The notes under the pieces are model-generated. The model did not search any database, was not told the DNA's origin, and saw only the letters and a list, made by a program, of their open reading frames with translations. The position numbers were made by a program, and so were the translations under genes. A DNA stretch of 63,912 nucleotides, filler included, from Choristocarpus tenellus KU-1152 (lineage: Eukaryota; Protista; Phaeophyceae), in assembly GCA_964200185.2 (NCBI GenBank). It is 15 parts of 15 records of this genome, joined end to end, with 100 filler letters (N's around TTAATTAATTAA, not from the genome) between each part and the next. Parts side by side here need not be neighbours in the genome. Positions count along the whole stretch, not along the records: positions 10,727 to 18,220 come from CAXNAD020006072.1; positions 18,321 to 21,882 come from CAXNAD020019250.1; positions 21,983 to 26,192 come from CAXNAD020015681.1; 12 more parts are not named here. One strand, given 5' to 3'. This document shows, in pieces, positions 12,113-24,126 of this stretch (position 1 is the first letter of the stretch; the number at the start of each line of letters is the position of its first letter).

Positions 12113-13520
12113 CTGAGCGTGCACTCCTCCCGGCCCCTGAAGGATTTGGGGACTTTGGTGACGCTGAAGAGGCGAACATCTGGGGGAAGGTGTGCATTGA
12201 TTATGTCCTTGCCGTACTGTGTCTTTCCATCTTCCGCAAATGTATCTTGTGGTATCCTCAGCTTCGCCGACGCCACATTCATGCTTGCGTGAACTCCCTT
12301 ATCTGTGCGGCTTGTTCTATCGAAAAAAGTGCATGGGAGGGGTTAAGGGGGACAGGTCAAGTGTCTGTGCAACACTAACAAAGCACCTCCTCCTGCTCAC
12401 ATAAAAAAAAATACGAATGGGTGGTACTACCCTTTTGCATTGGTCTCGAAGTATCTGGGGGGGGGTGGTAGCGGCTGTTTATTTAGGCCCCACTTTTCCA
12501 TGTCGCAATTAATTTTTGAGCGATTTGGTTGCATGTGTCAGATGGATAATGTCAGTGCTCCTTTCTGGTCAGGGCCCAAATGGACACCCACACCCTAGTG
12601 CAGAACCCCCCCCCCCCTCCCTCAGATACGTTTAGCCATTGCACTGCCTCTCTTAAGTTTTCTATTTGTTGCCTTTGCTTTAGAGTGAGTGATATTGCCA
12701 ACGTATACCTTCGCTACTACTGGCGAATTGATGACAGAGAAATAGTTATAAGAGCGTTTCCATCCAGAAGAACAGCAACATATATCTTTCCAATACGGGG
12801 TAGAGTTGAAAAAAACCCCTTAACTATACCGGCGATTTACGTCTGAAGTCTACATGTCTTTGCCACCTCTGAACGTGTAGAACATGAGGACCAACACCCG
12901 TGTACTTCGCAGCTGGTATCTTGCATCCAAGGATGGAGCACCATATCAAACATCGCCAGAGAGTATAGATATCATTCGGAGGCATGGGGGCGAATCCTGA
13001 GCAACACAAGCAGCTTAAGTGCCTTGAATACTATGTCATACCTTCCCCAGCCGATCTTATTGAGGTCTCCATGGTTACTGTCGACGACGGTGCCAGCCTT
13101 CCAAAGAGCCTCCTCTAACTCCCCTTCAACAGTTCTTGTTACTCCATCGCTGCAAACCTGGAAGCCATGGAAGTTCGTCCCAACATACCCAACTACCAAT
13201 GCCACCTTCCTTTTAGTTGCCTTAGGCCCCGCGTCGGCACCATTCTCGTTACTAGTTGGGGGGCTGGGTGCGCCAGGAGCAGGTGCAGGAGCCGGTGAGT
13301 TTACCCGTGTCCCCTTCCTAAAGCTTTGCGTGGCGTACATAGATGGACATGCGCTATTACGATGCTGACCAAGCCTCGAAGGCGTGGGAATGCGGTATAT
13401 TGGACGCCAAAGACACTTTGCTTTATCACTCAAGGTGCAAAATGTACTCGCCCGGAGAGCAATTGCTCCGCTTGTCAACCAAGCTAGTGTGCCCAGGCCA
13501 GCTCGCAAGGCGGTGGTCAT
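12113..13520 (-). CDS. tRNA pseudouridine synthase, TruA/Pus1 family, exons 1-2 (3' part not found)
   Basis: Exon 13520-13042 (KRKVALVVGYVGTNFHGFQ..TVEGELEEAL) splices in phase to 12316-12113 (RTSRTDKGVHASMNV..INAHLPPDVRLFSVTKVPKSFRGREECTLR). The catalytic RTDKGVHA motif is present. Confidence 0.92.
12443..12637 (+). mobile_element. MITE family B (G-tract TIRs) in intron 1 of the pseudouridine synthase
   Basis: GTCTCGAAGTATCTGGGG...CCCTCAGATACGTTTAGCC with 4-bp TSD ATTG (12439-12442 and 12638-12641). Confidence 0.82.
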
Positions 13521-14283
13521 TTAGTTGGTTGGGCGTCAGGGCATCCAGCACCCTTGAGTAAAACTTGACCCCTCATCTTCTCATTCCAAGGTATCTGCCC
13601 CAGAGCACAGCTACAGAGCGGCGCACAAAGTTGAGAAGACGATCGGAAAACAGACTCGTAGTAGTACGAGGTACCCGAACTTTGCCTCGACGATAAAACA
13701 AAAAGTATGAAGCACGACTCCCCCTGAATATGACCCGAGATTCCGCAGACTAAGCTGTACATTGAAGCTTATTCAAAGGAAGGGGGCACGTGGCTTGAGA
13801 GCCGGTCCCCTTCTCCGGAGGTAAAGGCACGAAAAATATCTGACACATCTTCTTACAAAGAACAAGCTGCCTTACTCCTTGCTGACTCTACTTGACAGAC
13901 ATGCGTTTGCCTCTCGGTAGCCCACCACAACTCACCACTAGATCTTCGCCGTTGTGGTGTATTAGCCATGGAGTCTGTACCTTATGTAAAGAGAAGTCGT
14001 GATTAACGAATGGACTTCACACTAAGACTGTAGACTCATCACCAACCTCAACATTCGAAGTCGATTTTCCTGCCCCATAACGGTGTTGGGAAATGCACCC
14101 TGGGAATCGAAATTGTTTCGAATCCAACATAGTTTTGAGGTTTAGATCTGGCGCTAGTCCCAATGCCCCCACTCCTTCTTTTCTCCGAAGCGGAACAACG
14201 AGAGCCGTTGCCTGTTTTTTCCCTTCACCTGAAATCTCCCCACACCGATCCTCCTTTTACCCCCCCTATTTTTTCATGAGCAG

Positions 14284-16606
14284 ATGCCGAACTGGCTTGC
14301 TAGCGAAATATGCATGGGGTTGTCCTATGCAATTGGGGCCTGGCAAGTAAGTCTAAGGAAAGGTTTCATGCGAACTGGGTTATCGCGTAAATCCCTCATG
14401 AGTCACTTAGTCGCATTGACCACTGTTTCTCCCTTACGTACTCTACGCAGACATTCAAGATCCTAAAGGGCGGTGGATTGGACTATAACTTACTGAAGAC
14501 ATGGTCTCTGCTGGGCCTGTTGCGCGTGTTCGAAGAATACTTAGAGGTGAGCCCAAAGAGCAAACACCTGTGACGTTACATAACCCCACGACTTCCAAAA
14601 CAGGGGATTTACTCCACTTCAACGTATGAACACACCCATCGAGTGTTTCTATAGTATCTCTCCCACGTCCTTCACACCTCAAATCCCCTCTTTCCTTTCA
14701 CACTTTGCTCTGTCAGTTCCTCATATCCTGGGTCCCTTTTTACTGGTTGGGGAAGTGCCTCGGGCTGGGGCTGATGTTCCTTCCTGAAAGCAACATTGCC
14801 TCCGTGGTTTTTGACCGGGCGGTTGTAACGGGTATGGACCAATGCCACCACATCCTCAACCACCTCGTCGTCCCCAACACGGTAGAGTTCATAGTGTCGC
14901 TACCGTGGCGTGTTTTATTGCTAGTCTTCCCGATGATCAATTCCCCTAACCCTGAGATGGGCAACTCAGAGGACAAAATCGTAGATACAAAGGAATGGAA
15001 ATATGCTGGTATTGCAGACCGACTACGACACCTGCAGGAAGTCAACCCTGCAATGGATGCTGGGATGCGTAAAAAGCAAGGTTTGTTCCGCAAGGAGCAA
15101 ATTCCGAAGGATGCAACTCAGAGTTGTGAAGAAAAGGAAGGGATGTCAGTAGTACCACTACCGCCACCGCCATGCACAGCCCCCCCATTACCCCCCCCTG
15201 TGCCAGCGCAGTCACCGTGCCAGGTGTCACGCCTCACAGCTTCTTCCAAAAAGCTTCGTCGCCTTTCAAGTCGGCTTGGAGTACGTCAGAGTGGAAGGCG
15301 TTCCTCTGCACAACAGCAACCTACCCCCCGCCCTCCTGTGTTGACTGAGGCGAAGGAGCTTGTTATGGATGTTGACAGCAGCGACGAATTTCCTGCTTCT
15401 GATAAGAACGACAGGCTGCCTTCTTTGCCTGAGGGATCTCTGCTAGACATAGGAGGGGAGGCAAAGGGGGTCTTGGGCAGAGAGAGAGAGTCTGAGGTGA
15501 TCAGGGAGGACGCCAGCTTGCTACCTCTTTCGGAGATCGATTTGCAGGTGGAAGAGGTTGCCACAGATGGCCCTGTAGTCGATGAAGGTTCGAGGCTCCA
15601 GAATATTTGTAAAGGGAGAGGACGAACAAGGAAAGAATCGAAGGAGTTGTTGCCGCCTCTGCATAATGGGGACTCCAGCAGCCGCAGTCCCAACCCCATG
15701 GTTACAACTCCAAAGTGCCGCCCTTTGAAAGAACACTTTAGCTACAGTCCCAGCGGGGCAACTGGAGGGCAAGACGGAGATGGGAATGATGTTGAAGAGG
15801 AGGCCCATTCGGGAAGGAGGTCTACGCTGTCCTCTATGTCGAGCTTTGTGAGGGAAACTCTCACAGGTGACCCTAATATCCGCCTGCGAGACCACCTGTT
15901 CGACTTGAAAACTGCTTCCCCCCCGCCACCCCTCGACAAGGCCCCACTTGCGACCTCCCGAACGGGAGCGGCTTCTGCCCAATCAGAGGGGGCCAAGTCA
16001 TCTCCCCAGCGGAAGCAGCATCAGCTGCGGCGACAGCGTCTAGAGACTTCGTTGCCGCCTTCTACCTCTATACCAATAGTGGCGCTTGTTCGGAGTGAGC
16101 GCAAGGAGGACGAAGACGGCATCGCTCTGGTTGACGCCGGACAGGAGATTGCCGTGCCGCCTTTTGCATCAGATTCAGCAACTTTTCCTCCCGATGAGGC
16201 GATTCAACCCCTCCCCCACCCGCGCAGTGATGCTCCTTCTGGCAAAGGCAATGCCGGCGCGAGCGATGCTAGCCTCGGAAGTGGAGAGAGAGGGCTCCGC
16301 AGGACTGGCCGGGATGAGGACGGCGGAGGGAGCTTCAGGCGAAGGCCCAAGGGGAAAACACAGGGATGCTCATCAGGACAACAGAGTGCCAGTGGGATAA
16401 CGAGGAAGGGGAGTAGGAGGGGAATGCCACCGACTCAGCCAGCGCCCGGTGAAGGTAGCTCCTCTCAAGCGGCGAGGGTGGTGGAATGGCGTCGAGGTCG
16501 AAAGGGTAAGGTGAAGGGAGATGGGGCTAAGCTAGAGGAAAAGGAGAAGGACACAGGGGGTGGCATTGAGGGTGGTGGAGTAGAAAATACTACTGATGAG
16601 GCTTGA
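14284..16606 (+). CDS. TB2/DP1/HVA22 (REEP) domain protein with a long low-complexity C-terminal tail (~680 aa)
   Basis: Phase-0 exons 14284-14346, 14451-14546 and 14717-16606 give ..GAWQTFKILKG..LLKTWSLLGLLRVFEEYLEFLISWVPFYWLGKCLGLGLMFLPESNIASVVFDRAVV, a REEP/HVA22 signature. An upstream micro-exon at 13968-13985 (MESVPY) is possible. Confidence 0.82.
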
Positions 16607-16989
16607 GGAGGGGCTTGTTTCGTTTCTTTTGGATCACTGCTGCTGCTGCTGCTGCTGCTGTTGTTGTTGGGAAGATGTTGGGAAGATGTTGGGGGAGGGG
16701 ACGTCTGTTGCAGTAGTGGACGCCGAGGGAAATAGGGGGGTGGGATACAGTAAGTAGTGCGTGTGTTTGTGTGTGCATGGGTGGTTTTGTCAGTTGCAGA
16801 GAGGGATCCTGTTTCAGTTGGTTGTTGCTCTGAGCTCACTGGCGACTGGATCAGCGTTGCAGGGTAAGAGTTTGGGCATGTCGAATCTCTACTACTGCTG
16901 TAGCCCTGACTTGTTCGTGATGGTGTTAAATCTGTGTGTTTTCCGTAGTATTTTTTTTTTTCAATTTTGGAGCCGGTCTGGCCGTGTGA

Positions 16990-17034
<45 letters not shown>

Positions 17035-18432
17035 ATGCTCTGGATATTTTCTGGCTGCTTGTTGTGACTGTGGGTTTGTTTATTGTGGAAGAACTGTTGT
17101 TTCGTTGATGCGGTTGCTGCTGTTGAGTCGGTTGTTCTTGGTCGTTACAGAGTGCTCTGTAGCAGGGCTTGGCGGCTACGAGTTACTTGAAGTGCTCGGT
17201 ATGGAACGATGGTGTTGCTGGTGCACAGCATCTCTTGAAGTCGATCACTATTACTTGTCAGATTTATCCTATTGGCTAGGGCATTCGCTGTTTTTGGCGG
17301 TGGAAGCCCTGAGTCGGCACAGGGTTCTGTTGCTTGTAAGGCGTTTTCCTGTTTCGGTTGTTGTTGTTAGTATTGATCTATTTTGTGTTTTTTTTTTACT
17401 GTATCAAACTGGGTTTTGGGGCGCCCACGAGTTCTTCCGCTTGCCCTGGGTTACTGCAGTACCTTTGTATAGGAGAGTACAATGAGTGTGGCGCCCCAGA
17501 GCACCATGAATACTTACATAAGTACGCCACAGGAGATGCTGATCTGTAAAAAAAAAAATTAGGTACTGCTTTTGCTTTGATGTCTTTTTTGTTTTTGTTT
17601 TTGTTGCATAATGTGTGGACTATTTCTGGAATTGATTCAACATCTGAAAACCCAGTTGTGCTTTGGTGTTTTGTTGTGCATATGTGTAGAAATAAAGAAC
17701 AATTGAGTTTCTTGTTCCTTTTTTTGAAAAATCGTGTGTAACACAACAATTATTATTTAAAAAAAAACTGAAAAAAATTGCACTCCAGCGTTTTTTTTTT
17801 TTTTTTTTTTATCATTTAGCAACCACTTTACCTTGTTTCAAAATTTTTTTTTTTTTTTTTTTTTCTAGGACACCATGTAGCAACAACTGTAACTTGTGAC
17901 CAAATTCCTGATATTTTTTTTCTAGGAACATAATGCGCCGCTCATCAGTTGTAAACAGGTTCTTTTACTCTTTTGATGTGTGTATGCTCTATAGTAGTGG
18001 CATACACCTCTGAATTTTAGTTATTTTTTTATATACCACACAGAGTAACATCTGTTACATGTAATCCACACCTCAAGTGTACTTGTTTTGATAAGTGTGC
18101 ACTACAGGAGGAGAAGGAAGTAGTATTTTGTTTGTTTCCTATATTTGTTGTGGCCCTTAAACAAGTGAAGGTTAGGGTTTGAAATTTTAATATTTACCGT
18201 TGGGTCAAAGTATCTGGGGGNNNNNNNNNNNNNNNNNNNNNNNNNNNNNNNNNNNNNNNNNNNNTTAATTAATTAANNNNNNNNNNNNNNNNNNNNNNNN
18301 NNNNNNNNNNNNNNNNNNNNGGGGGGGGGGCATTGCCGAATGGATTCAATGGGGTTTTTTGCGAGATTAAAAAAAAAAGTGTGTGTGTGTGTGTGTGCTA
18401 TTTTAAATTATAACTATTTTAACCTATCATAC

Positions 18433-18674
18433 TGTAGGCACCAAAACATGTTAGGAAAAAATTATGTGTGTAAACCAATTTTGACTGTTATTATACCATT
18501 TTATTGCCATATACCGTCATACCGATTGAGGTTCCTTGCCAGGAGTCCCCATATATTGTAGGCACCAAAACATGTTAGGAAAAAATTATGTGTGTAAACC
18601 AATTTTGACTGTTATTATACCTTTTTATTGCCATATACCGTCATACCGATTGAGGTTCCTTGCCAGGAGTCCCC
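18433..18674. repeat. Tandem duplication, 124-bp period, two near-identical copies
   Basis: TGTAGGCACCAAAACATG...CAGGAGTCCCC starts at 18433 and at 18557. Confidence 0.9.
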
Positions 18675-18715
18675 GATTCTGTAGGAGGATCTTTGGAATA
18701 TTAAAAGTTAAGGTA

Positions 18716-18899
18716 TTTTGTGTAAGAAAGCAATCCAGCAAGTAATGCATTTGTGTAAGAAAGCAAGTAATCCATTTGTGTAAGAAAGCAAGTAATGCAT
18801 TTGTGTAAGAAAGCAAGTAATCCATTTGTGTAAGAAAGCAAGTAATCCATTTGTGTAAGAAAGCAAGTAATCCATTTGTGTAAGAAAGCAAGTAATGCA
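18716..18899. repeat. 25-bp minisatellite AT(G/C)CATTTGTGTAAGAAAGCAAGTA, six full copies plus partials
   Basis: Head-to-tail units at 18745, 18770, 18795, 18820, 18845 and 18870, with no spacers. Confidence 0.93.
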
Positions 18900-19004
18900 C
18901 ACCCCTTCGATCAGAGATGTCTACGTCGAAGTTATATGGTACAATCACATGTACCACAATAATGATATAATTGCAGTCAAAACTGTTTTCCAAATCCGTA
19001 AGAA

Positions 19005-19235
19005 TTTAAAGTCTTCCTTTTGTTTTATGATAATAATATAAAGTATTTTAACTCTTTGTTATATAATGATATTATAGGATATTTTAACTTCTTGTTTTAT
19101 GATGGTATTATGAAGTATGTTAACTCTTTATTTTATGATAATATTATGAAGTATTTTAACTCCTTGTTTTGTGATGGTATTGTAAAAGTATTTTAACTCT
19201 TTGTTTTTATGATGGTATCATGAGATATTTAAAAG
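19005..19235. repeat. Degenerate AT-rich ~30-bp tandem repeat
   Basis: Recurring GTATTTTAACTCTTTGTTTTATGATGGTATTA-like units. Confidence 0.75.
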
Positions 19236-19351
19236 TGTAATCTCTCCCTGTTGTGTCCATCCCAGACTTTTGGTAAGGGTTAGGGTTAGGGTAAGATGAT
19301 TCTCTTTCTTCAGCCACGATCCTTACAGACACCTTCTTGTTTTGAGACCAG

Positions 19352-21882
19352 GTTTTGCACGCTGCGCTCAGCCCGCAGGCGTTGCTGCAGGCTGAGCAGG
19401 GACAGGAGCAAAGGGAGGGGGCTGTTGGGCGGATGAAGAGAGGGGGTGTGGAGTTGCCGTTGAGGCATCATTGCCTTGCCTGGATGCTGAAGGGAGCTGC
19501 CCTTGACTTGCACACTGCCTGCAGAGGTGAACAGAAAAAACAAAAGTATTGTTATTACTATTATTATTATTATTATCATCATTGATTGGGTTAGTGCGTG
19601 AGAGTTACTGATGTGTGAATGAATAAGGATAATAATGAAGAAAGGATAGAAGTTAATCTAAGATTCGGAGGGGAACACTGCGCCACGTATGTTGTTAGTG
19701 GTCTGGTACTGTTGTTGAATAGCAGTACCGTTTGTGAATCATCTGTACCTACTGTGACACATTGATACGTATTCTATGATCACCGTTTGAAGTGGAGGGA
19801 GCTGCGGTGGCGTTTTTTTTTTCTGTGTGATGAAAAAAAAAACGTTTGAAAATTTGTTTCGGACAAACTCGGCAACAACACCTCACTAGCCTTAGACTAA
19901 GTTTATTGGCGGAGGAGTAAGTTCCTTGAGTATATTTCTTGAGTGAGTTTCTTGAGTAGAACAGATGAGCGATGAAGTGGATCCAAGGTTGTAAAAGAAA
20001 GAACTAACTCTTAGAATGATCATGTGGTGCATTGGAGATAGAGAGATATGTTGGTAGAATGAAAGAGAAATCATGGTTAAAAATTTGAAAAATAAAATAA
20101 AATAAAAATATAGATATATAGATAGATAGAGAGAGAGAGAGATAAAAATATATTTTAAGTGTTCTGTCTAGATTTCCACTGTACTCACTCATTGTATTGG
20201 TGGTCCTGGATTTGGTTATCTCCCAGTGTCGGTGTGGATTAGATCGTTCACTACAGCTTTTTGGTGAATCTGATGGACTACGGAGGTGTCTATCCCTGAC
20301 CCTAACCCTAATCCTAACTGTGGAAAACGCCTTCCTAGTCCGCCCAACTCGTCAAGAATGCCAGCAGTGAACGAACGGCTTATTCCGCATTTACATGGAA
20401 GGCTTTTCTGGATTCCTTGTTTTCATCTGTATGTCTTGTTTTAATGTATGTATGTTTGTATTATGTATCTATATATATATCTATGTGTAACCTTTGTTGT
20501 TCTGATAATGTGCTCTGTTGTGCATGGTGTTGAACATGGAGTAGTGATACTGTATAAATAACACTTCAAGAAAATGTTAGTGTTGCGGAGTGGAGAATAT
20601 AGCGTTGTTGTTTTTTTAATTGAATGCTTGAAAAAAAAACTTCAAATATATATTTTAATTGTAATAATAATAATAATATTACATAGTATATGTTAGATGC
20701 GAATGGCGAATGCACACCCGGAATGCATTGCATTTACCATTCTTTTTTCTTCTTCTGATTATTATTATTATTATTATTATCTTCTTTTAACTGCAGGTAG
20801 TCCTACCTATCCGTCCCACGTGAGAGATCTTCTCAAGGCCTTGTTCATTGGAGGCAGTCCCTCCCCAGCGCCCTCGCCGGGTATAACTGATTTTAGCGGT
20901 GGTGGTGGTGGTGGTGGATTGGGTTGGTCTGCATCACGTTTTTTCTCATCGTCGCGTGGCGCCCTGGAGCAGCCTCCACCACCCTTGCTTGACCTCCTGA
21001 CCTGCCAGGTTTGTGCATACGATTGTCAGTATTTGAGTTTTGTATGGTGCTTGTGTTGGCGTTGGTGTTGGGGATGGGGATGGAATGAGGTATTAGGGTC
21101 GGTGTTTGGGATTTGGATGGGGGAAACATTTTTCTTTTGTAGTGTTTCTGCTGTTTTAGTTTTTGTAAGAGTAAGAACAGTGTTTTTTTTCGCTAGGGTT
21201 GTGGTGGTGAGGTATCGTTCAAAGTTTTGGAGTTTTTATGTGTTGAGGTGGCGTTATACTGCCAGGGCTGATGGTGGTGTGAAATGTCTGTCTTCCTTGA
21301 TGGATATTGACATTTGATAGTCACGGAAGGGGTTCTTGACATATAGGTGGGATGAGGTGAGGTTAGAGGTGAACAGTTTAGGGTTAGGGTTAGTTCTTAT
21401 GGAATTACTAGTGGACTAGGGTTAGGGTTAGGGTTAGTTCTTATGGAATTACTAGTGGACTAGGCATTTTGTATGGGATGAAGTGTTAGTGGCATTTCAT
21501 ACAGAGTAAAGTAAATTATTTTTCATGTTTTTTTCTTTGTTTTTGTTTTGAAATGTATTGTTTATGAGAACAAAATGTATTTATTTTATTGTATGTGGAG
21601 ATACTTCATCAGTACCACTATATTGCTTTCGTAAAATGAAAAGATGTCTTTTTTTATAATTAGTTTTAAAAAATACCCCCTGGCTTGTTGATTTTTTTGA
21701 AGTACTACATACCAGCATGTTATTGTTTACATATATTACATTGTTCACAAACTTTACTTTTTTGCCATTGTTTTTTTTTTTGACAGGTGGACTTGGAAGG
21801 CGAAGGTCCATCAAGAGCTTCTCTTGACAGCTCCTCTGCTGAACTTATGTGGAGAGCAACAGTGCCCCTGCCGGCTCCGGGG
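19352..21882 (+). CDS. NUP205: Probable nucleoporin Nup205/Nup192, three internal exons
   Basis: Phase-consistent exons 19352-19526, 20797-21008 and 21787->gap. LRHHCLAWMLKGAALDLHTA followed by HVRDLLKALF and LLDLL resembles the Nup205 'HQRAWLLKLLALELH' segment (recalled similarity). Confidence 0.55.
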
Positions 21883-22319
21883 NNNNNNNNNNNNNNNNNN
21901 NNNNNNNNNNNNNNNNNNNNNNNNNNTTAATTAATTAANNNNNNNNNNNNNNNNNNNNNNNNNNNNNNNNNNNNNNNNNNNNGGGGAAGATGTATGTTAC
22001 TACCCCCTTACGGCAGACGCTGCTTTGACAACCCTAACCCTGTAAATATAACTCAATATGTGTAGTAGTGTATCGTATTGCTCAGGTCACTAATGGGAAT
22101 ACATTCCTACATTTGAAGGTCACACTAAAATCAAGTCATTACTTTTTCTTCCCGGGTAGTACCTCTCAAAAGACAAACCCTAACCCTAAGTCATTACTTT
22201 TTCTTCCCGGGTAGTACCTCTCAAAAGACGCAGACTACTAAACCTGAAATGGGTTTAATTTTCAAGACACATCCCCCGCTTTGAATGGACCGCTTTGCTT
22301 GTCCGCCCCTAACCACCAC

Positions 22320-22393
22320 CCCAACCCCAACCCTAACCCTAGCCCTAACCCTAGCCCTAGCCCTAGCCCTAACCCTAACTCTAACCCTAACCC
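22320..22393. repeat. Interstitial telomere-like (CCCTAA/CCCTAG)n tract
   Basis: About 12 hexamer units. Shorter TTAGGG/CCCTAA runs occur at ~19276, ~20300, ~21378-21437, ~22178 and ~32739. Confidence 0.85.
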
Positions 22394-24051
22394 AGTCGCT
22401 TCATAGCAGTAGTAGCAGCAGCAGTAACAGTAATAGTAACACTGAGTAACGCTTTCAAAAAAGAATTTAAAAAAAGCAAGTACAACATACGGCACTTCAT
22501 GTCACTGTCCGTTACAGCAACGTACAAGATCGTAAGCAGCATCATCGAAGGCGTTTTAGTAAAGCATTTTACGCACTACTCCAAGTACAATCCAACGTAA
22601 ACCGAACCAAGCAATAGACCGGTCAGTACCCATCAACTTTCCAATCCTGGAATCATCAAACACAACCGATAGCTCCACTACGTGTACAAAATAGTGACCC
22701 AAAATATGCAATCTGTAATGAAATATACTGGAAGAGAAGCTATTTCAGCAGTACAACATACAAAACACATAGACCTCTTAAAATGACAAAATGAACACCA
22801 AAAATATCAATATCAATATCAATATCAATATCAATATCAATACTGATATCAAAGTATGGTATACACAATCAAATTACAGCACATAACATCGTATTCACCC
22901 ACTACAATCAGTATTTACTGTTGTGGCGTGCACATGACCTGGGTAACATCATGTCCAGTATCTCCTCTCACTGTGGTATTATCTTAACAGGATACATTTT
23001 CAAGAGTACCATTCAAATTTTGATTCTGCAAGGTGAATATGCATGGATGTATTACATACTACATAAATAAATCCATACATAATGTCTCAACCATGTATAC
23101 ACACTCACACACACACACATATATATAGACATGCGTATACCTGAACAGACCTGATACTTGATAACTTAAGGTAGTATGAACACCTTGGCCAAAAAACTGT
23201 ATCAATGTGTGTGTGTGTGTCCGTCTTTAAATGCATCATCATGCAAAAGTTACAAAACTTCATAACCAACAATGCATCTTTAACAAAATTCAAAATTCAA
23301 AATTCAAAATTCAAACAGTGCGTCTTCGTAACACATCCACACCAAAAAGGAACAAAAATTGATGCCATCATCAACTTCTTTTTTGCTCAAAAGTGCGTTT
23401 ACATCGATCCGAACAAAACTGATTGAATATGACATCACTCCACCTTTCACATTCACTCTTGCCACAGGGGACAAAAAAAAAAAAGCAAATATCATACCAA
23501 CGTCGAGCAGAAAGGAACGACCATCATTCCACACATAACCAATAGAGAGAGGGGGAAGAGAGAGCCGGCGTGCCAAATTCACCAATAAAATAACTTCAAT
23601 CTGTAACTTCCTCGAGCTTTACAACTCATGATAATAATTACAATCTTGAGAACTCGATTAGAACATAGATTTATCGCCAGTTAAAGACAGTTCAAATTGA
23701 TCTCCTTTGATTCGAGGCTGTATCTTGCACATCTGAGAAAAAACACCGAGAACGAATAAACGCCTCTCCTCAGTTCTTTCGGAAACCTCAAGCCTGATTG
23801 AACCAGGCCTATTTACACACAGCTTTTCTTTGCACGGCATAACTCTTTAGTGTGTGCAGTAGGGTAATCAGGCCTTCTCCGGGCTTCAGGAACTGTGCAA
23901 GTCTCTTGTGATATGCTCTGTGAGTATTTTCATAATCCTACCGGGCCCATTCACCAGGACGGCAAATTCAAATGGTCACATCCACTATTTGACGTGTCCC
24001 GATCCATGTCCACAAGGTACCCTACAGACCCATGTCCGCCAGTCAGACCAG

Positions 24052-24126
24052 GTCTAACATTGTCTAACATTGTCTAACACTGTCTAACACTGTCTAACAC
24101 TGTCTAACATTGTCTAACATTGTCTA
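24052..24126. repeat. 10-bp tandem repeat TGTCTAACA(C/T), about 7 copies
   Basis: Seen directly in the sequence. Confidence 0.9.

Noticed and set aside
14740-15996. Antisense ORFs overlapping the HVA22/REEP terminal exon
   Set aside because: These are shadow frames of a GC-rich coding exon with no recognisable motif.
17100-17545. Possible 3' exons of a convergent minus-strand gene
   Set aside because: Splice-like sites exist, but the frame is ambiguous, the implied intron is very short and no homology was recognised.
18716-18899. Possible CRISPR array
   Set aside because: The 25-bp units are contiguous with no unique spacers, there are no cas genes, and the context is eukaryotic.
22320-22393. 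True chromosome end
   Set aside because: The tract is short, degenerate and internal to its contig.
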